From an uncultured SAR86 cluster bacterium (lineage in GTDB: Bacteria > Pseudomonadota > Gammaproteobacteria > Magnimaribacterales > D2472): 64,000 bases of DNA. Below the pieces are notes generated by a model. That model was not told the DNA's origin and did no database searches. It saw only the letters and a list, made by a program, of their open reading frames with translations. The first letter of the stretch is position 1. Each line of letters starts with the position of its first letter. The DNA is taken from NCBI GenBank assembly GCA_943789005.1, contig CALSSL010000001.1, positions 117,688-181,687 of the forward strand. Direction: 5' to 3'. Of the stretch, positions 17,592-28,658 are shown one piece after another. The translations under genes were made by a program, and so were the position numbers.

Positions 17592-18331
17592 ATTTATAAA
17601 TGGGGATATCATTACCCCGCTTACAAGAATTAAAGCTGCAAAGAAAGTCATAACTTGTAATTTATATTCAGCCAGAAGGTAGTTTATAAATTTGGGCATT
17701 AGTATATAGCGAGCCAATGCATCCTACACCAAAAGGCAAGAGAATCTTAAGATCTATATTTGCTACGGAGCCAATCACAAGTTCATAAACCCCAATTGAT
17801 AACAAAATCGCGCTGCCAGATATTCCGGGCATTAAGAAAAAAGAAAATGCTATGAATCCAATTATGATAAGAGCTAATAGTGACGGTTCACTAGTAACAA
17901 AGTTTAATAGAGTTCAAAAGTATTCCAAATATAATTCCAGCTAAAAAATAATAATTCCATACCACAATGGTATTAAATTCTTTTTTTAGTCTATAAGATT
18001 ATTAACAAGGCTATCAAACACATTAAAACAGCAAGAAAAAGTGAAAAATATTCAGTGTATTCAGAATATAAATAGATAATGAGCTCTGGATGCAAAGAGC
18101 TACACTTAAACCCATGGCTATAAAAAATGGGATGATTAAATCAAGAAAAAATACTTCGTTTAGTCTTTTAAAATTAATAGTTAGGTTTGATATCTTTAAA
18201 TTAGATAAAAATGTAATAAATTTTTCATAAACATTAAATGCAATAGCTACTGTGGAACCTGATATTCCTGGTAATAGCTCTGCAAGACCAACAAAGAACC
18301 CTGAAACTACAAACCTTAATCTTTCACTCAT
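17586..18331 (-). pseudogene. Decayed DUF368-family (undecaprenyl-phosphate translocase-like) membrane protein gene
   Basis: The N-terminal 102-aa ORF carries the first GLAELLPGISGSTVA repeat. It ends in a cluster of five stops (TAA TGA TAG TAA TAA, about 18025-18000). The same frame then resumes with WNYYFLAGIIFGILLNSI. A frameshift leads to LLALIIIGFIAFSFFLMPGISGSAILLSIGVYE (the second repeat). Another frameshift precedes [21 protein letters not shown]. Confidence 0.75.
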
Positions 18332-19011
18332 GAATCATTGCCATCACTTGAGGTTCCTGGAAGCATAGGCACAAAAGCAACCTCATCGTATGTTTTCTCT
18401 TCAACCTCATCATTTTCTAATTTAGTTATAACATGAAGTTGCTGAAATTTTGAGTTTCCAACAGGTATAACTATTTTGGAATTAACTTTCAAACAATCCA
18501 TTAAGTCATGAGGATACTGTCTTGGTGCAGCTGCGCACAATACTCCATCATATTTAATATCTTGATCCCAATCGATATAGCCATCGCCGTGTTTGAATAA
18601 AACATTGTTAATCTTTAACTCGCTGAGATTCTCTCTTGATTTAACAACTAAGGGTTTAATTCTTTCTATTGCATGTACTTGTTCGCAAAAATAAGAAAGA
18701 ACTGCGGATTGATAACCGCAGCCAGAACCCAGTTCAAGAACTTTATCAAAAATTTTTCCTCTTGATTTAGTATGTGAAATGAGTAGTTCGGTCATTCTAG
18801 CAACAATATATGGCTGGGAAATCGTTTGCTTATAGCCTATTGTTAATGATCTATTCTCATAAGCTCTTGATTGCAAAGCATTATCTAAAAAAATATGCCT
18901 TGGTATTTGAGACATAGCATCAAGAACTCTAAAATCTTTAATACCCATCTCTAGAAGAGTTTCTATCATCTCTTCTCTTACCCTTCTGAAAGTAAAGCCT
19001 GAATTATTCAT
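18328..19011 (-). CDS. pcm: Protein-L-isoaspartate O-methyltransferase
   Basis: 227 aa. TISQPYIVARMTELL and the SAM motif VLELGSGCGYQSAVL. It lies downstream of surE. Confidence 0.92.
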   Translation of the reverse strand: MNNSGFTFRRVREEMIETLLEMGIKDFRVLDAMSQIPRHIFLDNALQSRAYENRSLTIGYKQTISQPYIVARMTELLISHTKSRGKIFDKVLELGSGCGYQSAVLSYFCEQVHAIERIKPLVVKSRENLSELKINNVLFKHGDGYIDWDQDIKYDGVLCAAAPRQYPHDLMDCLKVNSKIVIPVGNSKFQQLHVITKLENDEVEEKTYDEVAFVPMLPGTSSDGNDS

Positions 19012-19750
19012 TAATATAATTTTTTAAACCTTCTCTTAATGGAGTTTGATCTAAACCATAATCCAAAACAGTCATAGAAATATATCCATCTTGAATAGCA
19101 AGAGCATCTGTTAAATGATCCTCTTGTATAGGTTTTCCTGAAAGATTATATCTGTACTTTTTTATATTATCAGTAGAGCTGATTTCAATTGGCTTAGAAG
19201 GAATTCCTCGTTGAGCCAATGCTGTAACTTTCATACCTTTACACTCTTTTTCAGGCAAATCTGGAAAGTTTACATTAATAACTTTACCAACATACTCTTT
19301 AGGGAGACTGGCTACAAGATTTATGATCTCAATAGTTTTATTAACTATAAAATCCATATTTATAGTTTCATAAGATGCAACAGATAATGCTAACGGTGGA
19401 TACTTTAATTTTCTTCCGCCAACTGCAGCGCCAACTGTTCCAGAATATATAACATCTGTACCAATATTAGCTCCATGGTTTATTCCTGAAACCACCATAT
19501 CAAATTCAAAATCAACGATTCCCAATAAACCAAAATAAGTACAATCAGCAGGAGTGCCATCAACAGCAAAAACTCTATCTTCAACTTGTCTTATTTCTGT
19601 TTCTTTCAAGAAAGATATAGCCGCACTCATTCCACTACAATTATTTTCAGGAGCAATGATCCATACATCATGTTCTTCTGAAAGTTTTTTAAAAAGGCTT
19701 TGAATATTAGGCGCTTTATAACCATCATCATTTGTTAATAAGATTTTCAT
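19004..19750 (-). CDS. surE: 5'/3'-nucleotidase SurE
   Basis: MKILLTNDDGYKAPNI and the SGINHGANIG motif. Confidence 0.93.
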   Translation of the reverse strand: MKILLTNDDGYKAPNIQSLFKKLSEEHDVWIIAPENNCSGMSAAISFLKETEIRQVEDRVFAVDGTPADCTYFGLLGIVDFEFDMVVSGINHGANIGTDVIYSGTVGAAVGGRKLKYPPLALSVASYETINMDFIVNKTIEIINLVASLPKEYVGKVINVNFPDLPEKECKGMKVTALAQRGIPSKPIEISSTDNIKKYRYNLSGKPIQEDHLTDALAIQDGYISMTVLDYGLDQTPLREGLKNYINE

Positions 19751-19755
19751 GAGTT

Positions 19756-20895
19756 TTACTTAAGATTTACTAATGATTGAACTGCTATAGCTTTATTTTG
19801 ACCTATGATACCAATCTTTTCAGATGTTGTTGCTTTTAGACCAATTTTAGATTTTGGAATTTTTAAAATATTTGAAAGACTCTCAATTATACCTTCTCTA
19901 TGAGGACTAATTTTTGGAGATTCACATATTATTGTTGCATCAATATTATAGATCTCCAGATTAAGTTCTTTAATTTTTTTAAGGCAAAAATTTATTATGT
20001 TTACGCTATCAAGGCCTTTATTGGCATCATCTTTGTCTGAAAAAAATATTCCAATATCTCCCAAGGCTGATGCTCCTAATATGGAATCAGCAATTGAATG
20101 AAGAAGAACATCTCCATCTGAGTGAGCCTCAATTTCAAATTCACATTCAAGAAAATAACCACCTATTAAAAAACCTTCTCCCTCTTTATATGTGTGTAAA
20201 TCAAAACCTGTTCCAGTTCTTGTAGAAAATTTCTCGAAAAGACATAGATCTTCCATATGAGTAATTTTTATATTTGAAGATCGACCTTTAAGTCTTGAAA
20301 CACTATAACCTTTTTTTTCTAATGCAAAAGATTCATCTGGAACATTGATACCTTCATCTAATAGTGATATCAGCGAGGAATATAATTTTTTAAAATTAGA
20401 TATCTGAGGCGTTTGAACTAAATAGTACTTTGATTTATCTAGCGTTGAATGATGAAACCCATCTTCATGCTTAATAGAATCAATAACGGGTATATAAAAA
20501 ATAGAACAATCTGTCTTAGATATAGTTATTTCTTTATAAAGACTTTCAATATCTTCTTCGAATACATTAGGTCTTGCTGCATCATGCGTAATAACATAGG
20601 TATAATCTTCATCTAGAGCTTGATTTAAAGCATTTAATATTGATTGAGCTCTAGAATCTCCCCCTTCTACTATGACAATTTTCTCATTGTTATAAAAATC
20701 TTGATCTTTTATATAGTTGTCTGATTTAGAAACAGTCACAACTACCTTGGATACTAGATGAGAGTCAAGAAATGGCTGTACAGATTTTTCAATAACCGAT
20801 TTTCCATCTAATTTTGAATATTGCTTTGGAAGCTCTTTATTAAACCTTTTACCAACACCAGCTGCAGCAATTACAACTAATAAATTATTTTTCAT
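19756..20895 (-). CDS. ispDF: Bifunctional IspD/IspF (MEP cytidylyltransferase / MEcPP synthase fusion)
   Basis: The N-terminal half has the IspD motif VIAAAGVGKRF. The C-terminal half has the IspF motifs GTGFDLH and EAHSDGDVLLHSIADSILGA. It is a single uninterrupted 379-aa ORF. Confidence 0.9.
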   Translation of the reverse strand: MKNNLLVVIAAAGVGKRFNKELPKQYSKLDGKSVIEKSVQPFLDSHLVSKVVVTVSKSDNYIKDQDFYNNEKIVIVEGGDSRAQSILNALNQALDEDYTYVITHDAARPNVFEEDIESLYKEITISKTDCSIFYIPVIDSIKHEDGFHHSTLDKSKYYLVQTPQISNFKKLYSSLISLLDEGINVPDESFALEKKGYSVSRLKGRSSNIKITHMEDLCLFEKFSTRTGTGFDLHTYKEGEGFLIGGYFLECEFEIEAHSDGDVLLHSIADSILGASALGDIGIFFSDKDDANKGLDSVNIINFCLKKIKELNLEIYNIDATIICESPKISPHREGIIESLSNILKIPKSKIGLKATTSEKIGIIGQNKAIAVQSLVNLK

Positions 20896-21190
20896 CTTTA
20901 TTACTTTCTTTATCTTTAAATGATATCAACTCTTCTTCAGGATAAACTAGATTTAATTTTTCTCGAGCAAAATTTTCAACATGTTCATTGGATTGCTGTG
21001 CATTTTTGATTTCAAATTCCAAGATATCATTTTTATTTTTTAGCTCGTCATTCTTTTGAATCTGAATATCATTTTCAACAATAAGATCTGATTTCTTTTG
21101 ATATGAATTGTTACCAAAAAAAATACTGTTTAGTAACAAAGCTATAAGGATTATGAGTGATATTGTTAAGAACAAGGACAGTCTGTTCAT
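20885..21190 (-). CDS. ftsB: Cell-division protein FtsB
   Basis: 101 aa with an N-terminal TM segment, a coiled coil and the C-terminal [15 protein letters not shown] motif. It lies in the eno-ftsB-ispD position. Confidence 0.75.
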   Translation of the reverse strand: MNRLSLFLTISLIILIALLLNSIFFGNNSYQKKSDLIVENDIQIQKNDELKNKNDILEFEIKNAQQSNEHVENFAREKLNLVYPEEELISFKDKESNKDEK

Positions 21191-22464
21191 TGAGAAAGAC
21201 TTAACTCAGGAGACTCCTCTTCAATCCATAGCAGTCTATTATATTTTGCCACTCGATCTGATCGACATGGTGCGCCTGTCTTAATTTGACCAGCACCAAG
21301 CCCAACAGCAAGATCGGCAATTGTTGTATCTTCTGTTTCTCCAGATCTATGAGAAATGATAGATTTATAATTATTGGTATTAGCTATGTTTATAGTCTCT
21401 ATTGTTTCGGTAATGGAGCCTATTTGATTAAATTTAATTAAAATTGAATTTGCCAAATTGTTATTGATACCTTCTTGGAAGATGGTTTTATTAGTTACAA
21501 ATAAATCATCTCCAACTAATTGGCATTTTGCACCAATCTTTTTAGTAAGAATCCTCCAACCTTCATAATCATTTTCATCCATTCCGTCCTCAATGGATAA
21601 AATTGGATACCTATCCACAAGTTCTTCTAAATAATTTGCAAAAGATTCTGGATTTAAAGACCTTCCTTCTCCAACTAGATTGTAATTCTCTCCATCAAAG
21701 AACTCACTTGCAGCACAATCTAAAGCAATAAAAATATCTTTTCCTGGAATAAGGCCTGAATTTTCAACAGCCTCTAATATCAATTTTATTGCCTCTTCAT
21801 TTGATTGGAGATTTGGAGCAAAACCACCCTCATCTCCAACAGCAGTTGATAAGTTTTTATTTTTTAAGATTGATTTTAAGTTCCAATATATCTCTGATGA
21901 CCATCTCATAGCTTCTTTAAAGCTTTGTGCTCCCTTAGGCATAATCATAAATTCTTGAATATCAATATTATTATCGGCATGTTCTCCACCATTCAAAATA
22001 TTTAACATAGGCATTGGGAGATTGCTTTCTACCTTTGATCCAGTAATATTTTGATAGATGTCGGCAAAGTGTCTATGAAGTTCGATACCCTTATCTTTTG
22101 CTGCAACATGAGATACAGCTAATGAAACAGCTAATATCGCATTTGCACCAATGTTAGACTTATCACAAGTCCCATCAATTTTAATAATAATGTTATCAAG
22201 CTCTCTTTGTTCACAGGGATCTAAACCAATTAATGCAGGCTTTAAGATGGTATTAATATTATTTACAGCGTTTTGAACACCTTTTCCTAAATAGTCTTTA
22301 TTTCCATCCCTTAGTTCCAATGCCTCTTTAGTTCCAGTAGATGCGCCGCTTGGAACAATAGATTGAGCTGTAATATTATTATCCAAAGTAATAGAACAAG
22401 ATACAGTTGGAACACCTCTTGAATCAAAAACTTGTATAGCTCTAATATCTGCAATTTTTGACAT
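21187..22464 (-). CDS. eno: Enolase
   Basis: 425 aa. [30 protein letters not shown] and [16 protein letters not shown]. Confidence 0.98.
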   Translation of the reverse strand: MSKIADIRAIQVFDSRGVPTVSCSITLDNNITAQSIVPSGASTGTKEALELRDGNKDYLGKGVQNAVNNINTILKPALIGLDPCEQRELDNIIIKIDGTCDKSNIGANAILAVSLAVSHVAAKDKGIELHRHFADIYQNITGSKVESNLPMPMLNILNGGEHADNNIDIQEFMIMPKGAQSFKEAMRWSSEIYWNLKSILKNKNLSTAVGDEGGFAPNLQSNEEAIKLILEAVENSGLIPGKDIFIALDCAASEFFDGENYNLVGEGRSLNPESFANYLEELVDRYPILSIEDGMDENDYEGWRILTKKIGAKCQLVGDDLFVTNKTIFQEGINNNLANSILIKFNQIGSITETIETINIANTNNYKSIISHRSGETEDTTIADLAVGLGAGQIKTGAPCRSDRVAKYNRLLWIEEESPELSLSQ

Positions 22465-22467
22465 GCT

Positions 22468-23306
22468 TTACTTGATATCTAGGGTTTCTTGAGCTTTTAT
22501 AAAATTATCAAGATCTTTTATTTGTTTCAAGAAAGGTTCTAACATTTCCAATCTTAATGCGCATGGGCCATCACATTTTGCATTATCTGGATCTGGATGA
22601 GCTTCTAAGAATAAACCAGCAATACCTTGAGAAATTCCAGCTTTTGCTAAGCTAAGAAGGTATTCTCTTCTTCCACCGGCTGCATTTCCAAGACCTCCAG
22701 GTAATTGAAGTGAATGTGTTACATCAAAAATAGTTGGTTTGTTTAAATTTTTAAGAATTTGAAAATTTAATGTATCTACAATTAAATTATTGTAGCCAAA
22801 AGAATTACCTCTTTCGCATAATGTAATTTTTTGATTTCCAGCCGATTCGCATTTCTCAATGATATTCTTCATTTCAGGTGCTGATAAAAATTGTGGCTTC
22901 TTAAACTGCAAAATAGAATCTGTCTTAGCAGCTGCAACTACTAAATCAGTCTGTCTTGCTAAAAAAGCTGGTATTTGAACAACTTCGCATACTTCACTAA
23001 CAGGCTGAGCTTGCTCTGGCTCATGAATGTCTGTGATTACAGGAATATCGAATTGATCTGAAATTTCTTGAAGTATTTTTAAGCCCTCTTCCATACCAGG
23101 GCCTCTAAAAGAAGATACAGAACTTCTATTAGCCTTATCAAAAGAACCTTTGAAAATATAATTTATTTCCAGCTTGTCAGATGCTGATTTAAATTCTTCT
23201 GCAACTCTAAATGCTAAATCTCTTGATTCAAGAACATTCATCCCACCCATAAGTGTTAAGGGTTGTGAATTACCAATAGTAAATTTTCTTAATTGGATAT
23301 CGTTCA

Positions 23307-23307
<1 letters not shown>
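22468..23307 (-). CDS. kdsA: 3-deoxy-8-phosphooctulonate (KDO-8-P) synthase
   Basis: 279 aa. SFDKANRSS, QIPAFLARQTDL and FDVTHSLQLPG. Confidence 0.95.
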
Positions 23308-24935
<1,628 letters not shown>

Positions 24936-25014
24936 TTAATTGAATCATGATGGGATAACAGAATAACAGAATAACTTAAATAGTTAAATAACAATTACCT
25001 ATTATGAATAAAAA

Positions 25015-26076
25015 TTAATTAATATTTTTATAAATTCTTTTAACTCTTGATTTAATTCTTATCATTAAATCATAAGAAATTGATCCATTGTTTGAAGCCA
25101 GATTATTAATTGAGTGATTTGGAGAAAAATATTCACACCAATCTCCAATTGAACAGTCTTTAATATTTGTTACATCAATTGTGGTAACGTCCATGCTTAC
25201 TTTTCCAAAAACTTTAGCTTCTTGATTGTTAACCATAACAATAGTTCCGTCTTTAACATGCTGTGGTAGTCCATCTGCGTATCCTAAATAAACAGTAGCT
25301 ATCTTCATGTCATTTTCAGCAACTGCCCTGCCGTCGTATCCAACCCTCTCACCTTTGGCAATTTCTTTTACATTAATAATTTGAGATTTTAAGGTGATTG
25401 CTGTTTGAAGCTCATTATTACCAATGTAGCCACCAAAGATTCCTATACCAACTCTAACCCAATCAAAAGATTTTTCAGGAAAATTCAAAACACAACCAGT
25501 ATTTGCAATGCTTTTTTGAACACATGGATTTAATTTTTTTGATAATTCTTCAAATCTAAGGAATTGTTTTTCATTTGAAGGATCTTCTTTTACATTAGAT
25601 GCTGCTAGGTGAGTCATAAGAGTGAATCTGACATCCTTTAGATGGTTTTCATAAATGTTTAGAAAATCATCCACCTCAAAGCCAAGTCTATTCATTCCTG
25701 TATTAATTTTGAACCATAAATTCTTATAATCATTGCTGGTTTTTATAATATTAAATTGATGCTGATTATGGACAACTAAATCAAGGTTATTTTTTTTTGC
25801 AATCTTAAAATCATCATTAGAATAAACACCCTGCATTAAAAGAATCTTTTTTTTTGATATTTTTCTTATTTCTGTTGCCTCATCGATTCTAACGACGCCA
25901 TACCCATCTACCAAATCATCAATATCATGAACGACCTTTGATAAAATATGGCCATAAGCATCTGATTTGATGACTGCAAGAAAATTTGAAGAAGGCTTAA
26001 TTTTATTTTTAAGCTTTTGAATATTATTTCTTAAAATTAATGGATCTATTTCAAGAATGCTGCTCAGAGATGTCAT
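25015..26076 (-). CDS. alr: Alanine racemase
   Basis: 353 aa. The PLP-Lys region is AVIKSDAYGHI. It lies downstream of and overlaps dnaB, as dnaB-alr do in E. coli and Pseudomonas. Confidence 0.88.
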   Translation of the reverse strand: MTSLSSILEIDPLILRNNIQKLKNKIKPSSNFLAVIKSDAYGHILSKVVHDIDDLVDGYGVVRIDEATEIRKISKKKILLMQGVYSNDDFKIAKKNNLDLVVHNQHQFNIIKTSNDYKNLWFKINTGMNRLGFEVDDFLNIYENHLKDVRFTLMTHLAASNVKEDPSNEKQFLRFEELSKKLNPCVQKSIANTGCVLNFPEKSFDWVRVGIGIFGGYIGNNELQTAITLKSQIINVKEIAKGERVGYDGRAVAENDMKIATVYLGYADGLPQHVKDGTIVMVNNQEAKVFGKVSMDVTTIDVTNIKDCSIGDWCEYFSPNHSINNLASNNGSISYDLMIRIKSRVKRIYKNIN

Positions 26077-27443
26077 TCGAAGGATTCATAATAACCATCA
26101 CTAGAAAAGTTTTCAAATCGAGTATATTCTTTTAAGAAAGTGAGATTAACTGTTCCAATTGGTCCGTTTCTTTGTTTTCCAATAATTATTTCAGCCTTAT
26201 TGCCCTGGTCAGAATCTTCGTTATAAACCTCATCCCTGTATATAAAAAGGATTACATCAGCATCCTGCTCGATAGCACCAGAATCTCTCAAATCAGCCAT
26301 GATAGGTCTTTTGTTGGGTCTTTGTTCTACTGCTCTATTAAGCTGAGATAAAGCTATCACCGGAACATTTAATTCTTTTGCAAGAGATTTTAGGGATCTT
26401 GATATCTCTGAAATTTGATTAACTCTATTTTCGGTTGACGTTGGAAGCTGCATAAGCTGAAGATAGTCAACAACTATCAGTGATAAGCCATTTTCTTCTT
26501 GTCTAGCTAATCTTCTTGCCTTTGCTCTTAGTTCCATTGGAGACAGTAAAGAACTATCATCGATCCATAAAGGAAGATTCTTTAATCTTTCGCCCTCTTG
26601 TAATAGAAGTTTAAGTTCATTATCTTTTAACATTCCAGATCTAACATTTTGTTGATTAAGTTTGCTCATACCGGAGAGCATTCTTGTAGTTAAAGCTTCT
26701 CCAGGCATTTCTAAACTAAATATAAGAACAGCGCCCTTATTGTCTTTACCTAATAAAACGTTTTCTGCAATATTCATAGCTAATGATGTTTTACCCATGC
26801 TTGGTCTTCCAGCAACAACAACTAAATCACCATCTTGGATACCCTGAAGTTTTGTATCAAGATCTTTAAAGCCAGTTGAAGATCCAATCAAACCACTTCC
26901 CTTATTAGATAATTCATAGAGCTTATCCATTGTAGATGGAATTAAATCTTTCATAGATTGAAGACTTTGATCGTTTTGGCTGGTCTCATCATTTAAGGCA
27001 AAAATCATACTTTCAGCTTTATCAAGTAATGCAGCTCCATTTTGCCCTTGGGGATTTTGTATTAATTCAGAAATTTCTGAATTTGCCTTCATTAATTTTC
27101 TTGCTATAGACCTTTGTCTAATAATCTCTGCATACGCTTCTAAATTTGCAGCTGATGGGGTTGAGGTTGCTAATTCAATTAAATAGTCTTTACCACCAAC
27201 CTTATTTAAAGAATTTTTATTATCTAATTTTTCTGAAACTGTTAACGGATCTAAAGGTTTATTTTCTTCAATCAGCTCAGACATTGACTGAAAAATAATC
27301 TGATGATCTCTTCCATCAAAATCATTTTCTTTAATTACCTGTATGACGGTATCAAAACGATGAGTTTCAAGCATCAGGCCACCAAGCACAGCTCTTTCAG
27401 CTTCTCGAGCTTGTTCGTTTTGATTTATAGACAAGTCAGACAT
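26073..27443 (-). CDS. dnaB: Replicative DNA helicase DnaB
   Basis: 456 aa. Walker A is AGRPSMGKTSLAMNIA, followed by IVVDYLQLM and IALSQLNRAVEQR. Confidence 0.97.
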   Translation of the reverse strand: MSDLSINQNEQAREAERAVLGGLMLETHRFDTVIQVIKENDFDGRDHQIIFQSMSELIEENKPLDPLTVSEKLDNKNSLNKVGGKDYLIELATSTPSAANLEAYAEIIRQRSIARKLMKANSEISELIQNPQGQNGAALLDKAESMIFALNDETSQNDQSLQSMKDLIPSTMDKLYELSNKGSGLIGSSTGFKDLDTKLQGIQDGDLVVVAGRPSMGKTSLAMNIAENVLLGKDNKGAVLIFSLEMPGEALTTRMLSGMSKLNQQNVRSGMLKDNELKLLLQEGERLKNLPLWIDDSSLLSPMELRAKARRLARQEENGLSLIVVDYLQLMQLPTSTENRVNQISEISRSLKSLAKELNVPVIALSQLNRAVEQRPNKRPIMADLRDSGAIEQDADVILFIYRDEVYNEDSDQGNKAEIIIGKQRNGPIGTVNLTFLKEYTRFENFSSDGYYESFE

Positions 27444-27481
27444 CGGAATATGATTTTTACATCATATTTTAAAATATACAA

Positions 27482-27928
27482 CTACTCTGCTAATACTTTT
27501 ACAATTACTTCCACAGAAACTTCAGGATGTACTGCAATAGCAATAGAATGTTCGCCAATTTCTTTAATTGGACCTTCTGGGAGCTGAACTTCACTTTTAT
27601 CTATATCAATTCCAGCAGCAGAAAATGCATCTGAAATTTCTCTTGTACCTACTGAGCCATATAATGCTCCTTCTTCAGTTACAGGAACAGCTATTTCACA
27701 AGAAGATCCTTTTATTCTTTCGGCCCTAGCTTGTGCTTGTGTTAACAGGTCAGCTGACGCAGCAGCAAGCTCATCCTTTCTAGCTTCAACTTCTGCAATA
27801 TTTTTATCACTGGCAAATGCAGCCTTTTTTTGAGGAATTAAAAAATTTCTTGCATAACCAGAGTTAACTTCAACAACATCACCAATTTCGCCAAGTCTTT
27901 GTATTTTATCTAAAAGTATAATTTTCAT
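27482..27928 (-). CDS. rplI: 50S ribosomal protein L9
   Basis: MKIILLDKIQRLGEIGDVVEVNSGYARNFLIP is the L9 N-domain. Confidence 0.93.
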   Translation of the reverse strand: MKIILLDKIQRLGEIGDVVEVNSGYARNFLIPQKKAAFASDKNIAEVEARKDELAAASADLLTQAQARAERIKGSSCEIAVPVTEEGALYGSVGTREISDAFSAAGIDIDKSEVQLPEGPIKEIGEHSIAIAVHPEVSVEVIVKVLAE

Positions 27929-27933
27929 AGTTT

Positions 27934-28128
27934 TTATTGATGCATATCCGTATATGGTAAAAGAGCTAAAAATCTAGCAATTTTAATTGATTTAGTAATT
28001 TTTCTTTGATTAGACGCTGAAACACCAGTCACTCTAGCAGGAATTATTTTTCCTGTTTCAGTTATGAATGGCTTTAAGATATCGATATCTTTGTGATCAA
28101 ACTTTTTAGGTAAATCGTATTTACTCAT
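27934..28128 (-). CDS. rpsR: 30S ribosomal protein S18 (short form, start moved to an internal ATG)
   Basis: The conserved core is [55 protein letters not shown] lies 6 nt upstream of the ATG at 28128. The Lys-rich extension of the longer track ORF (to 28209) merely overlaps the acidic tail of rpsF. Confidence 0.85.
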   Translation of the reverse strand: MSKYDLPKKFDHKDIDILKPFITETGKIIPARVTGVSASNQRKITKSIKIARFLALLPYTDMHQ

Positions 28129-28573
28129 TGTCATCTCCTTCTTTTGAGCTTTCTTCAGCTTCTTTTTTCTCAGAGTTTTCTTCAGCAGGCTTAGTTTCCA
28201 CTTCTTCAACTACTTTTTTTTCTTCAACCTCAACCGGTTCAGGCTTTTTGTTTTTAGCTTCGATGAATAAACCTGAATCTTCGCCACTATGCTCTTTTAC
28301 AACAAGGAATAAGTGCCTAATAATTGACTCGTTATATTTAATTTTTGTTTCGATTTCTAAAAGTTTAGAAGGATCTCCTTCAAGATTAAATAATAGATAA
28401 TGTCCTTTATTATGATTGGCTATTGAATAAGCTAACTGCCTTCTTCCAACATCTTCTGTTTTAACAATCTTAAAAGAATTATCTGCTAATAATTTTTCAA
28501 AATCTTTTTTGAATTCATCAACCTTAGAAGAAAGATTGGGGTTTAGAATTATTACTGCTTCGTATTTTTTCAT
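28121..28573 (-). CDS. rpsF: 30S ribosomal protein S6 with an acidic C-terminal tail
   Basis: [14 protein letters not shown]...[10 protein letters not shown]...GHYLLFN is the S6 core. Confidence 0.92.
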   Translation of the reverse strand: MKKYEAVIILNPNLSSKVDEFKKDFEKLLADNSFKIVKTEDVGRRQLAYSIANHNKGHYLLFNLEGDPSKLLEIETKIKYNESIIRHLFLVVKEHSGEDSGLFIEAKNKKPEPVEVEEKKVVEEVETKPAEENSEKKEAEESSKEGDDNE

Positions 28574-28629
28574 TATCTACCTTATGGTTAAAGATTTACA
28601 CCTTAATTGGTATAAACCAAGGAAGAGGC

Positions 28630-28658
28630 ATTCTAAATGAATTGATATATAGAATCAA
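28630..28658 (-). promoter_or_regulatory. Putative sigma-70 promoter of rpsF-rpsR-rplI
   Basis: The minus strand reads TTGATT (28658-28653), a 17-nt spacer, then TAGAAT (28635-28630). The -35 overlaps the ftsA stop codon. Confidence 0.4.

Noticed and set aside
17602-17618. The GGGG-N9-CCCC hairpin after fdxA, considered as a terminator.
   Set aside because: The stem is only 4 bp with a 9-nt loop and no T-tract. It also lies inside the last coding fragment of the DUF368 pseudogene.
24955-24975. A short tandem ATAACAGA-ATAACAGA-ATAAC between pyrG and alr.
   Set aside because: It is only about 2.5 copies of an 8-mer in AT-rich intergenic DNA. There is no array structure, no spacers and no flanking inverted repeats, so it is not CRISPR- or REP-like.
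27934-28209. The long 91-aa version of rpsR with a Lys-rich N-terminal extension that overlaps rpsF by 89 nt.
   Set aside because: The extension is just the alternative-frame reading of the acidic tail of S6. The ATG at 28128 has AAGGAG at proper spacing, and the S18 conserved core starts just after it.
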